A stretch of 63,572 nt of DNA, the filler included. It is 5 parts of 5 records of this genome, joined end to end, with 100 filler letters (N's around TTAATTAATTAA, not from the genome) between each part and the next. Parts side by side here need not be neighbours in the genome. Positions count along the whole stretch, not along the records: positions 1 to 23,939 come from DRR723986_636; 4 more parts are not named here. One strand, written 5' to 3'. The notes beneath the pieces are model-generated. The model did not search any database. It saw only the letters and a list, made by a program, of their open reading frames with translations, and was not told the origin of the DNA. Position numbers and translations under genes: made by a program. Positions 1 through 8,815 of this stretch are shown here, in pieces (the first letter of the stretch is position 1; each line of letters begins with the position of its first letter).

Positions 1-108
1 TATCGAACAATAACGGCGATATCCATTTATCCGCACATCGCAAAAGATTTCTTTAACTTTACTATTTCAGATACTTACAAAGCATCGCATGAACAGGATG
101 AAAAATAA
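1..108 (+). CDS. 3' end of an unidentified ORF (partial)
   Basis: Frame 1 is open from base 1 to TAA at 106-108 (YRTITAISIYPHIAKDFFNFTISDTYKASHEQDEK*); AT-rich; too short to assign. Confidence 0.35.
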   Translation, partial: YRTITAISIYPHIAKDFFNFTISDTYKASHEQDEK

Positions 109-411
109 ACCTTGGTTATTCGCCACTAAATAGTCAGCCCGAAACTTCGTTCCGAAGGTCAACGCCATCATCTACTACCACCGAAGTTTCGAAGTCTGCT
201 TTCGCCAATAACTCAGACTCTCGGCTGACAGTCCTGATGTACGCGTCGGCCTATAAGCAGCCTTACCAGCGTGGCGACAGGTCACAATAATTCATTTGAA
301 TACGACTGAATCCGGGTCTCAGAAGCCCAACCGGCGCGGCAAAACACCTGCTTAAAATTGCTGTCACCCATCCAGAAGCGCTGCGAGAAATCGGCACCCG
401 ATTGACTCTAC

Positions 412-460
412 TCATGTTAAAGAAAACGCTTTTTTTAACATGACAGGAATCTCATGTTAA
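412..460. promoter_or_regulatory. Triple 9-bp motif TCATGTTAA (forward, reverse, forward); putative protein-binding site
   Basis: TCATGTTAA 412-420, TTAACATGA 435-443, TCATGTTAA 452-460. Confidence 0.5.
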
Positions 461-518
461 CAAACTTGATTTATTTCGATCTGAACTAATGGTTTTCTGT
501 CGGCTCGGCCAATCCAGC

Positions 519-552
519 AACCCTTTCGGGTGACCCGAAACAGCGGTTTTTT
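519..552 (+). terminator. Hairpin followed by T-run; possible terminator or attenuator
   Basis: TTTCGGG-TGA-CCCGAAA (524-540) then CAGCGGTTTTTT. Confidence 0.35.
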
Positions 553-608
553 GAAGCCATAAACTACCCTGCTACTGTATCGCCTTTCCCTTTGACGGCA
601 AACAATTC

Positions 609-1124
609 ATGCGCTTTCGTAACCTCGCGCTTCTAGCTCTTGCCTGTACCCCCTTCTTATTTTTGATTCCCCAAGGAGCCCACGCTGTGCGGCAAGACAA
701 CCTCATTCTGTCCTCTGCCGTTGAGGGGCAAATATTCGACCATGGCAAACCGGTTTCAGGGTTAAAAGTGCAGCGAATCATTAGCTGGAACATGGAGGCA
801 GAGCCCCGCACCGAAATCACCTCAACCGATAGAGAGGGACGTTTTGATTTTCCGGAAATGCGTGGTTCAGCTGAGTTTGGCTTTTTGGCCAAGCTATTTC
901 ACGTACCTAATATAAGCCTTCGAATTTTCATTCCAATTGATGGCAAAGACTACATGGCCTATGCCACATCGAAAAACTCGTATCAGGAAAACGTTGAGAC
1001 GGGGCTTCCCTACATACGTATGAAGTGCGATCTGAAAAACAAGGAGTTATTCAACGGTAGGTTGCCAATTATCAATTGTGAAGTAGAAGAATCCGAAGAA
1101 AGGAAAAGCCTTAAATATGACTAA
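609..1124 (+). CDS. Exported DUF6795-like protein (carboxypeptidase-regulatory-like fold); candidate immunity protein
   Basis: Sec-type signal peptide ending in AHA; motif VEGQIFDHGKPVSG...TSTDREGRFDFP; overlaps lipase start by 8 bp. Confidence 0.6.
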   Translation: MRFRNLALLALACTPFLFLIPQGAHAVRQDNLILSSAVEGQIFDHGKPVSGLKVQRIISWNMEAEPRTEITSTDREGRFDFPEMRGSAEFGFLAKLFHVPNISLRIFIPIDGKDYMAYATSKNSYQENVETGLPYIRMKCDLKNKELFNGRLPIINCEVEESEERKSLKYD

Positions 1125-2346
1125 TCTACTTTTACAACCAAACTACGTTCATGCACTTTCGGGTTTTGCATACGAAGCCGATTCCGTTTTTCGCAATCTA
1201 AAAGGGGCGAATCCCGGCAAGTCAGTAGCGCACATATCAACCTTGAGTTCAGACGAACTCATTCAAGTGGCCAAGTCCCGAAAACTTCCAATTCAATCGG
1301 ATGGATTTGGCACACTCGCTGGCCGATCCGGCCTCTTCAACATCGACCTGCTCAGCGGTTTCGGCTTCGTCGCACACGGCACCGGCAGCCGCGCCAACGA
1401 GCTGGTTCTTGTCACGCGCGGCACCAACTTTCAGTACAACAAATTCGATTTGGCAACCAACGCAAACATCGGCTATGGCATTGGCCCACGCGGCAATGTG
1501 TTTCACCGTGGGTTCCTGAAAACCTTCAAAAGCTACCAAAGCCAGTTGGTGAATTTTGTATCGCAAAGTGGTGCAAAGCGGCCAAATACCATTCACTGCA
1601 TGGGCCACAGCCTGGGTGGTGCCTTGGCCAATTTGAATGCATGTATGTTGCGCGACGCTGGTTTCAATGTATGCCTGTACACCATTGGCGCGCCGCGCGT
1701 GGGTATTGTGAGTTATGCGCAAGACATCACCAAGCAAATTGCACCCGGCCAAATTCGGCGCATCGCCAACCCCTGCGACCCAGTGCCCATGGTGCCCTTG
1801 TTTCCTTACATGCACGCCTCGCGCGGGTCTTCTGAATTATTGATACGGCATGGCGAGAAGGTGGGTATTGATGCGCACCTGTTGCACAGCGGTTATTCCA
1901 AAATGGCCTACAGCAGCAGTTGGAGCGATTTTTCACCCATGCCGCATGGCTTGTCGCAGTACACCGATTTGTCCCGAGAGTTTGCGAAACTGGGTGGCGG
2001 TGGCATGTTCAATGCCAAGCTGCTCGACCTGGTGGGCAAGCTGACAGAGCAGGTGTTGCGCTCAATGGGATACGCCTACCTGGTCACCGTGCAGGGTGGA
2101 TTAAGCCTTGCCGTTACCGCGGCCGATCTGCTTTCAGAAGTGCTGGTGAAAGCTGCAAACGCCAGCAAGTTGTTGGCTGAGGATGTGTTCACCATTGTGA
2201 ATTCCATGCTTGATTTTCTGGGGCGTGCACCGATCAGCGGCACAGCGCTCACCATTCAAACCCTGCACTGGATTCTTGACCAGTTCAGCACGGAAATGGC
2301 TGGGCGGGCCCAACAGGCCATGTTGAAAGTGCAGAGGCCCAGTTGA
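1117..2346 (+). CDS. Class 3 lipase (Lipase_3); candidate secreted phospholipase effector
   Basis: RGT oxyanion motif, HRGF, GHSLGG nucleophile elbow, TIGAPRVG, DPVPMVP; no signal peptide; C-terminal helical extension. Confidence 0.85.
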   Translation: MTNLLLQPNYVHALSGFAYEADSVFRNLKGANPGKSVAHISTLSSDELIQVAKSRKLPIQSDGFGTLAGRSGLFNIDLLSGFGFVAHGTGSRANELVLVTRGTNFQYNKFDLATNANIGYGIGPRGNVFHRGFLKTFKSYQSQLVNFVSQSGAKRPNTIHCMGHSLGGALANLNACMLRDAGFNVCLYTIGAPRVGIVSYAQDITKQIAPGQIRRIANPCDPVPMVPLFPYMHASRGSSELLIRHGEKVGIDAHLLHSGYSKMAYSSSWSDFSPMPHGLSQYTDLSREFAKLGGGGMFNAKLLDLVGKLTEQVLRSMGYAYLVTVQGGLSLAVTAADLLSEVLVKAANASKLLAEDVFTIVNSMLDFLGRAPISGTALTIQTLHWILDQFSTEMAGRAQQAMLKVQRPS

Positions 2347-2386
2347 GGTTAATTGGACCAATGATTGAGAACATTCATCCGATATT

Positions 2387-2426
2387 TATATTGCAATCGT
2401 GCAATATATTGCTAAAATACAATATA
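2387..2426. promoter_or_regulatory. Tandem overlapping operator palindromes of the TA operon
   Basis: TATATTGCA-ATCG-TGCAATATA (2387-2408, perfect) and TATATTGCT-AAAA-TACAATATA (2405-2426, degenerate), ending at the toxin ATG. Confidence 0.65.
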
Positions 2427-2713
2427 TGAAGGCCATTCAGGTAATTAAGGCCAAAGAAATACGTGAAGACAACACAATTGTTGAGGTGGTTGTCTGGAGA
2501 TTACCGGCGAGTCTTGAACCGTGCACTCACAAGTACAAATACCGGTTGTTTTATGGCGTACCGGGTGCGTGTCGCGTTAGGTACGATAATGAATTGGGCA
2601 AAGGCGACCATCGTCACATCAATGACGAAGAGTGGCCCTATGTCTTCAGTAATTTGGAAACCCTGATGCAAGATTTTCAGCGTGATGTCGAGTTTTGGAG
2701 GCCGATCAGATGA
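2426..2713 (+). CDS. DUF6516/TumE-family toxin
   Basis: Motifs VVVWRLP, HKYKYRLFYG, VRYDNELGKGDHRH; ATG at 2426; ATGA overlap with next gene. Confidence 0.8.
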   Translation: MKAIQVIKAKEIREDNTIVEVVVWRLPASLEPCTHKYKYRLFYGVPGACRVRYDNELGKGDHRHINDEEWPYVFSNLETLMQDFQRDVEFWRPIR

Positions 2714-3075
2714 GAGCAATTATTGAAGTAGCGGCGAAGGGAGAAATCTTCAATAATTTATTGAAAGCCGCTCGCAAGGTGGATGCTGGGCAAACCAGAT
2801 CGTCTGACTATTTTCTTACTTTTGAATCATCAAAACTTCTTTTATCTGAATTAACAGCCTCCAGGATCGGCCTTCTAGAAGAGCTTCGAGCCTCTGGGCC
2901 CATGTCGATTTACGGTTTGGCAAAGCGTGTTGGACGCAATTATTCGAATGTCCACAGTGATATTACAAGACTGATTGAGCATGGTTTGGTTGAAAAGTTT
3001 GCAGAAACCAAGAAAGTCCATGTGCCTTTCGACTCGGTGGAAATTCGGTTCACTTTAAACGCAGCCAATCACTGA
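2710..3075 (+). CDS. Winged-HTH antitoxin (HVO_A0114-like)
   Basis: LT..R..LL..L...GPMSIYGLAKRVGRNYSNVHSDI..L...GLV pattern; translationally coupled to the toxin. Confidence 0.75.
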   Translation: MRAIIEVAAKGEIFNNLLKAARKVDAGQTRSSDYFLTFESSKLLLSELTASRIGLLEELRASGPMSIYGLAKRVGRNYSNVHSDITRLIEHGLVEKFAETKKVHVPFDSVEIRFTLNAANH

Positions 3076-3099
3076 GATGACATTTGTTTTCGGATTCAA

Positions 3100-4119
3100 T
3101 CACCCTCTCTCAACCCCCCAATACAACACCCACCCCGCAACCACACTCACCACCCAGGTCAACAAAAACGCGACCAACATTTCTGCAAAACTGCTCAAGC
3201 CCAAGGCAATCACCACTGAACTTGCAAACACGGCAATGCCGTAGTGAATCAGAAAAACCGAGTACGAAATATCGCCCAGCCAGCGCACTGGGCCTTGAAC
3301 AATCGAGCCAGCAAATTGTTCAATACGGCTACTGTTCATTAACAGTAAAGCAGTTACACCCGTCAACAACAAGCGCTCGCGCCATTCAATCCACAGTGCA
3401 ATGCTCAGCAGGCCCGCAATCAGCAAACTGACCCAAACCACTTTGCCTTCACGTTCAGCCCAATGGGCGGCAACGCCCAAGCCGTAGGCACCGAAAAAAT
3501 ACCAGGCCCATTCGTCGTGTTCAGCATTTCTGTTCCACACCAACAAAGAGGCGAGGGTCATGGCAATTGCCAGCAGCAACAATCCTTGCTGGGGTTCAAG
3601 CAATTTCAGCCCGCCGGTTTTTTGGCTCACCCACGCCATCAACACCAACACTGCGTAAAGTTGCAGGTCGATTGCCACATACCAAACCCCGGCCGACAAA
3701 GCCTCCACTTCGACAATGTCGTGCAACAAAAATGCATGGGCCAGCAGTTGGGTAAAGCCTGGTAAATCCGATACTTCCGGGTGCATCGCAATTTTGCCGC
3801 CCAGCCAGCTCAACAGCACAGCCACAGCAATGGCGATCCAGAAAGGTTTTGCCAGGCGTAAAAAACGTTTTTTGAACAGGGGCCAAACCGCCACATCACG
3901 TGCCTTACCCAGCAAGCTAAACATGGACTGGGCCGCCAAAAAGCCGCCAATGACCAGAAAAATTTGCACCACATAGCGACCCTCGTCGGCGATAAAACCC
4001 AGCAAACCGGGCCACCTGGCTTGCAGTACCGGTGACATGGGTGTGTACAGCAACAGGTGGTGAACCACAATAATTTGTGAGGCCAGGGCTTTCAGCAGGT
4101 CGATGGTGGAATTGCGCAC
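3100..4119 (-). CDS. Acyltransferase-3 family membrane protein (OafA-like)
   Basis: IDLLKALA..IIVVHH, VQIFLVIGGF, KRFLRL, WYVAIDLQLY, GDISYSVFLIH; probable GTG start at 4119, the longer ORF is an over-extension into the HPP gene. Confidence 0.85.
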   Translation of the reverse strand: MRNSTIDLLKALASQIIVVHHLLLYTPMSPVLQARWPGLLGFIADEGRYVVQIFLVIGGFLAAQSMFSLLGKARDVAVWPLFKKRFLRLAKPFWIAIAVAVLLSWLGGKIAMHPEVSDLPGFTQLLAHAFLLHDIVEVEALSAGVWYVAIDLQLYAVLVLMAWVSQKTGGLKLLEPQQGLLLLAIAMTLASLLVWNRNAEHDEWAWYFFGAYGLGVAAHWAEREGKVVWVSLLIAGLLSIALWIEWRERLLLTGVTALLLMNSSRIEQFAGSIVQGPVRWLGDISYSVFLIHYGIAVFASSVVIALGLSSFAEMLVAFLLTWVVSVVAGWVLYWGVERG

Positions 4120-4202
4120 AGGGCATGCAGAAGGAATGGGCAAGTGCGAAGTATAAAGCGAGTTGCCACAACCGATGCGGGTAGAAATGGATTGGTCTGA
4201 AC

Positions 4203-4219
4203 TGCACCAACTTGGTGCT
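4203..4219. promoter_or_regulatory. NtrC-type binding site
   Basis: TGCACCA-ACT-TGGTGCT, one mismatch to TGCACCA-N3-TGGTGCA, in the divergent intergenic region. Confidence 0.55.
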
Positions 4220-4281
4220 TTATCACGTATTACAGGCGTATCATCATGGGCTTGTTGCACACAAACCTGTTGATTCCAAAA

Positions 4282-5265
4282 ATGAAACTCTCCATCCGGG
4301 CTTTGCGCGCCTTGTCCGTGACCAGGTCGATTCTTGGCTTCGAATCCAATTCCACCAGCCCCCGCGAGAAAGCCATTTCTGGTCTCGGTGCCTTTTTGGG
4401 AATCTTGATGGTGTGTTGGGTGTCCAGTTTTGTGGTGCAGGGCACTGATGCAATTTTGGTGGTCGCATCCATGGGTGCCACAGCGGTGTTGCTGTTTGCC
4501 GTGCCGCACGGCACCTTGTCGCAGCCTTGGGCGCTGATGGGTGGGCATTTCGTGTCGGCACTCATTGGCGTTACCTGTGCGCGTTACATTCCGCACACCT
4601 ATTTGGCCGCAGCTTTGGCGGTAGGTTTGGCGGTGGGCGTGATGTACTGGGCCAATTGCATTCACCCGCCGGGCGGGGCCACGGCGCTCACCGCCGTGTT
4701 GGGTGGTGAATCCATTTCAAACCTGGGTTATTGGTACATGATCAACCCGGTGCTGTTGAACACCCTGGCTATTTTGTTTGTGGCGGTCAGTTTCAATGCG
4801 CTGTTTGCCTGGCGGCGCTACCCCAACCATTTTGCACGCAAGCAGAAAATGCCCGTTGAGGCCCTGTCGGAAACTGGAGCCAGCCTCACCCACGAGGATT
4901 TTGCCGCCGCCATTGCCCGCATGGATTCCTATGTGGACGTGAGTGCAGATGTGTTGGCCGAGCTGTTCGAATACGCCACCAAGCATGCCGATGAGCAAAG
5001 CACTCACCCCCAAACCCTGACTGTGGGTGCTTTTTACAGCAACGGCCAAGTGGGTTACCGCTGGTGCGTGCGCGAGTTGCTGGACATGTCGCTGACCACG
5101 CCTTACAAGGGCGAGGCCGGGCAACAGGTAATTTATAAAAACGTGGCCGGCGCCGATTTGTATGAAACCGGTTTGAGCAATGTCGAGGCCTTCAAGCGTT
5201 GGGCGCGTTACGAGGTGGTATTGCAAGATGGCCGTTGGTTGCCGGTGAAAGCCGCGACGCATTAA
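4282..5265 (+). CDS. HPP family membrane protein with soluble C-terminal extension
   Basis: ASMGATAVLLFAVP, SQPW, CIHPPGGATAL; start could be 4246 or 4282. Confidence 0.85.
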   Translation: MKLSIRALRALSVTRSILGFESNSTSPREKAISGLGAFLGILMVCWVSSFVVQGTDAILVVASMGATAVLLFAVPHGTLSQPWALMGGHFVSALIGVTCARYIPHTYLAAALAVGLAVGVMYWANCIHPPGGATALTAVLGGESISNLGYWYMINPVLLNTLAILFVAVSFNALFAWRRYPNHFARKQKMPVEALSETGASLTHEDFAAAIARMDSYVDVSADVLAELFEYATKHADEQSTHPQTLTVGAFYSNGQVGYRWCVRELLDMSLTTPYKGEAGQQVIYKNVAGADLYETGLSNVEAFKRWARYEVVLQDGRWLPVKAATH

Positions 5266-7190
5266 CGTTGGCTTTCTTGCAGCCGGTTCAGGTGCTCGTG
5301 AAGAATTCGGCGAACCTCAACAATCGCTTCCGGTGTTTCCTGAACGCTGTGCCAGGAGTTCACCACCAGTTCTGAGGCTGCACCCTCCAGTCTCGCGCTG
5401 GCATAGGGCACCACACCATCGCTGCTGGCCTCAAGAATCACTCCGGGTGTGTCGTTGCCCATGATGGAGTGGTAGGTCACCTTGCTTGAGATCGGCAATT
5501 TGGAAGACTCCCGCACGAATGGGTCTTGGTCACTGAGGTTCTTGATGCTGTTGAAAGAGTCCACCAAGGGTTCATTTGATGCTTCATCGGGATTGACCAG
5601 CAGCTGACCAATTTCAGTGACGCGGCTTAGTACGGTGGCTGGCAAGCGAATAAGCCCCGACACAAAACGCGCAAAACGATTTTCTGCATAGGGGGTTCCG
5701 CGGTGCGGAGCTGCAATGAAAATGGCGCGTGTGGCTTGCGGCATGGCATCGAATATCACGAAGGGCTCAATTTTCTGGCGCAGTCTTTCTTCCCGTTGTT
5801 CTGAAATGTTGTAGCGGTCCAGCACCGATTCCCACAATTGGTCACCCGAATTCGACACCATCAGCCGTGCCAACACGCCACCCATGCTATGGCCAATCAA
5901 CACCATTTCCGTGGAGGCCCTTCGCTTGCCTTGCGGATCAAAGTTTTTCAACGTGGCATTCACTGCTTCACGAATTTCGCGGTTGTTGAATGGCAGCGGC
6001 AAATTGGTAGGGTAGTACACCTGCCAAATCTGAAAATTCTGGCGAAGTTCTTCGTCGCCCAGCACCTCATTGGCCACGTTCACCCAGGCCTCCGGGCTGC
6101 TGGCCAGGCCGTGCAGCATCAAGATGACACGGCGGTTGGGGTCGAATGGTTGCATCAAATAAATGCGTGGCTTGTCCAGTGTTTCACTGCGACCAATCAG
6201 CGACAGCAAGCTTTCTTGCGCAAAGCCCGAGCGGGCCAGCCACAGTCCGTAGCCGGATGTGAAATTGGCAGCCAGGGGAACACGAATACCGCGAACATCT
6301 ACACTTGAATTTCGATGGGGGTCAAAACCCTGTAGCTCGACGCGTTTGCCCTGTAGCACCGATTCAACACTGTTGCCCGGAAAGTGCAGCATCACGGTGA
6401 CGGAGGGAAAGGGCGTCTCGCTCCAAGGCTTGTTCTCGTCTTCCCGCTTCACCACACTGTCGGCAAACACGGCCACCAATTCAGCACCCAAACCATCACG
6501 GCGGTATTGATTGCGCAAGCCCTTGAATGTGAGGGACGACGCAGCAAGCAGTTCATTGGGCAATTGGCCCTTGTGGCTTAAGCTGATACCCGAGGTGCTG
6601 CCGCTCACCTGCCAGGGCGCAAAGTCGAGCAGGTAGGTTTTTTCCTGCGAAACAGATTGCTCCAGTTGATAGCGATAGCGGTTGAACAAACCCACCACAG
6701 CCTGCTGGGTTGAAAAATTGTAGTAGTCACGCACTTGGGCTTGCCGGTCCTCGAGAGCGCGTAGATCGGGTGTGCGGCTGGTGAAAAAAAGGTAAGCATA
6801 AGAATGCTTGGCACTTTCCAGGTAGGCGGAAAGTGTGGCGGCTTTCAACGCATCATTGGCCGGCTCCAGTTTTTGTGCTTCTTCGTTTTGCAGGGCCTCC
6901 TTCAACCACAGCTCTGCCACAGTGGACAGGCGCTGTTCATCGCTTAAGCCGATGGAGGCAAGCAACAATTTCCTGCATTCAGAAATATTGCTGTTACAAC
7001 GCGCCTCGTCGGTGCCAACCACCTGGAGGGCCGTGCGCGCGGACGCGCTGAGTTGGCCAGTAGTGAGTACATCGCCCCGGCGTGCTGACAGGTAATCTTC
7101 CGAGCTGACCGACCCCACGCTAACCATGGCGCAGCCTGACACAGACAGTGCGAGCAGAGTGGTGGTGGCGAGAAGGGTAAAGTTCAACAT
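5262..7190 (-). CDS. Lipoprotein alpha/beta hydrolase (esterase/lipase)
   Basis: Lipobox-like LSVSGC after ATG 7190; LHGLASS, GHSMGG, APHRG, DGVVPY and terminal His. Confidence 0.85.
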   Translation of the reverse strand: MLNFTLLATTTLLALSVSGCAMVSVGSVSSEDYLSARRGDVLTTGQLSASARTALQVVGTDEARCNSNISECRKLLLASIGLSDEQRLSTVAELWLKEALQNEEAQKLEPANDALKAATLSAYLESAKHSYAYLFFTSRTPDLRALEDRQAQVRDYYNFSTQQAVVGLFNRYRYQLEQSVSQEKTYLLDFAPWQVSGSTSGISLSHKGQLPNELLAASSLTFKGLRNQYRRDGLGAELVAVFADSVVKREDENKPWSETPFPSVTVMLHFPGNSVESVLQGKRVELQGFDPHRNSSVDVRGIRVPLAANFTSGYGLWLARSGFAQESLLSLIGRSETLDKPRIYLMQPFDPNRRVILMLHGLASSPEAWVNVANEVLGDEELRQNFQIWQVYYPTNLPLPFNNREIREAVNATLKNFDPQGKRRASTEMVLIGHSMGGVLARLMVSNSGDQLWESVLDRYNISEQREERLRQKIEPFVIFDAMPQATRAIFIAAPHRGTPYAENRFARFVSGLIRLPATVLSRVTEIGQLLVNPDEASNEPLVDSFNSIKNLSDQDPFVRESSKLPISSKVTYHSIMGNDTPGVILEASSDGVVPYASARLEGAASELVVNSWHSVQETPEAIVEVRRILHEHLNRLQESQR

Positions 7191-7260
7191 GGGCGTACTG
7201 CGGTAACCTGAATCGAAGATTTTGATTCTACGCGTGGTTTGCCTCAGATTTGATCTACTC

Positions 7261-7279
7261 CTGCGACGAAATGTCGCAG
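7261..7279. promoter_or_regulatory. RegA/PrrA/RegR-type box
   Basis: Perfect inverted repeat CTGCGAC-GAAAT-GTCGCAG between the divergent hydrolase and PepSY-TM genes. Confidence 0.65.
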
Positions 7280-7339
7280 CTGGTGTGGCAGCCACTGCCG
7301 GATAATTCTGGCTTGTTTGAGCAAGCATGAAGTGCCACC

Positions 7340-8809
7340 ATGAAAATCAAGTTATTGAAACTGCACCGAGCATTGGCGTTGCTCGGCTTTGCCACCATGT
7401 TGCTGTGGGGCACATCGGGTTTGTTGCACCCTTGGCTGACTACCTTTGGCGTGCAACAGGCGGTGTTTGTGCCACCCCAACGTGCATTGAATCTGCACGA
7501 TACATTGCCTTTTGAACAAATCCTTAAAAAGGCTGGGGTTGAACAGGCTCAGTCTGTTCGGTTGGTGGTGGCGGAATCGGCCAACCTGTTACAAATCACT
7601 GAATCGCAATTTGCACCCAGGCGCTATTTCGACTTGAACACCGGGCTGGAGTTGCCCAATCACGATCCGGTTTATGCAGCTTTTTTGGCCCGTCACTATT
7701 TGAATGCACCTTATGCAGAAATCGCCAAGGTGGAGCGCATTGAGAAATTCTCCAATGACTATCCAGCGGTAAACCGCTTGTTGCCGGTGTACCGGGTGCA
7801 ATTTGATCAGGCCGATGGCCTGAACGCCTATGTGTACACAGAAACTGCTTCTTTGGCGGCGGTTTCGGACAACACCAAGCACCGGGTTCAAACGGTGTTT
7901 CAGTGGCTTCACACCTGGAGCTGGATGCCCAGTGTGGCCGAGACACCCCGTGTGTGGTTGATCGCTGTGCTGGTAGGTGTGCTGTTCACGATGGCTTGTA
8001 GTGGTTTGGCCATGCTGGTGTTGATTCGACGAAAGGTGCGTGCAGCAGGGGCCAAAGGTTGGCATCGCATGGCGGGCTATGTGTTGGTGGTGCCCGTGTT
8101 GATGTTTTCTTTCAGCGGTGTGTACCATGTGGTGCAGCATGGTTGGCCTGAGGAGCAATCGAAGCTGACTATGCGCCCGGCAATTGACCTGCAAAAATTG
8201 CACTTCCCGCTTCATTCCAACTGGGCTGAAATGACTCGAGATTTACCAGTGACAGGTTTATCGCTGGTTGCAAACCAGAATGGCGAGCTGTTGTATCGCC
8301 TCGCTTTGCCTCTTCCAAAAAATGGCCTGCCTGATAATCCGCAAGCCATACGCAATGCGCGCTTTGACGGTGTTCAGCCAACAGGCCCGGCCATTTATCT
8401 GAATGCGAACACTGGTTTGTTGTGGCAAGACGGCGATCGTGAAATGGCCCATCAACTTGCGCAGCTCCACACGGGCCTTCCGCGCGAGGCTGTTCTAAAA
8501 ATGAGTTTAGTCACGCGCTTTGGCGGCGATTACGACTTTCGAAACAAGCGCTTGCCGGTGTGGAAGTTTGAGTACGGCGCCCCCTTGAATGCCAGCGTTT
8601 TTGTAGACACAGCCACAGGCGTGCTGGCCGACATGACCCTGAATTCAGCGAAACCCGAGATCTGGAGTTTCAGCATGCTTCACAAATGGAGCTTTCTGGG
8701 TGGATTGGGGCGCGATGTGCAAAACATCGTGATGTGCGTGGTGGTTGTGCTGGCCATGGTGATGATGGCCGGGTTTGGGTTGAGGAGTCGGCGCCAGGTG
8801 CACAGTTGA
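7340..8809 (+). CDS. PepSY-associated TM helix protein
   Basis: KLHRALAL, WLHTW, WHR and LHKW membrane His motifs; two PepSY-like repeats (LPVYRV..D...AYV, LPVWKF.......VFVD..TG). Confidence 0.85.
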   Translation: MKIKLLKLHRALALLGFATMLLWGTSGLLHPWLTTFGVQQAVFVPPQRALNLHDTLPFEQILKKAGVEQAQSVRLVVAESANLLQITESQFAPRRYFDLNTGLELPNHDPVYAAFLARHYLNAPYAEIAKVERIEKFSNDYPAVNRLLPVYRVQFDQADGLNAYVYTETASLAAVSDNTKHRVQTVFQWLHTWSWMPSVAETPRVWLIAVLVGVLFTMACSGLAMLVLIRRKVRAAGAKGWHRMAGYVLVVPVLMFSFSGVYHVVQHGWPEEQSKLTMRPAIDLQKLHFPLHSNWAEMTRDLPVTGLSLVANQNGELLYRLALPLPKNGLPDNPQAIRNARFDGVQPTGPAIYLNANTGLLWQDGDREMAHQLAQLHTGLPREAVLKMSLVTRFGGDYDFRNKRLPVWKFEYGAPLNASVFVDTATGVLADMTLNSAKPEIWSFSMLHKWSFLGGLGRDVQNIVMCVVVVLAMVMMAGFGLRSRRQVHS

Positions 8810-8815
8810 GGCACA

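Noticed and set aside
100-300. Integron attC site after the first ORF
   Set aside because: No RYYYAAC...GTTRRRY pair with proper complementarity, and no integrase in view
395-462. Chromosomal dif site
   Set aside because: Only XerD-like arms; no XerC arm at 6-bp spacing
4120-4665. N-terminal 182 aa of the 521-aa minus-strand ORF
   Set aside because: Mostly antisense shadow of the HPP gene; acyltransferase similarity begins at 4119
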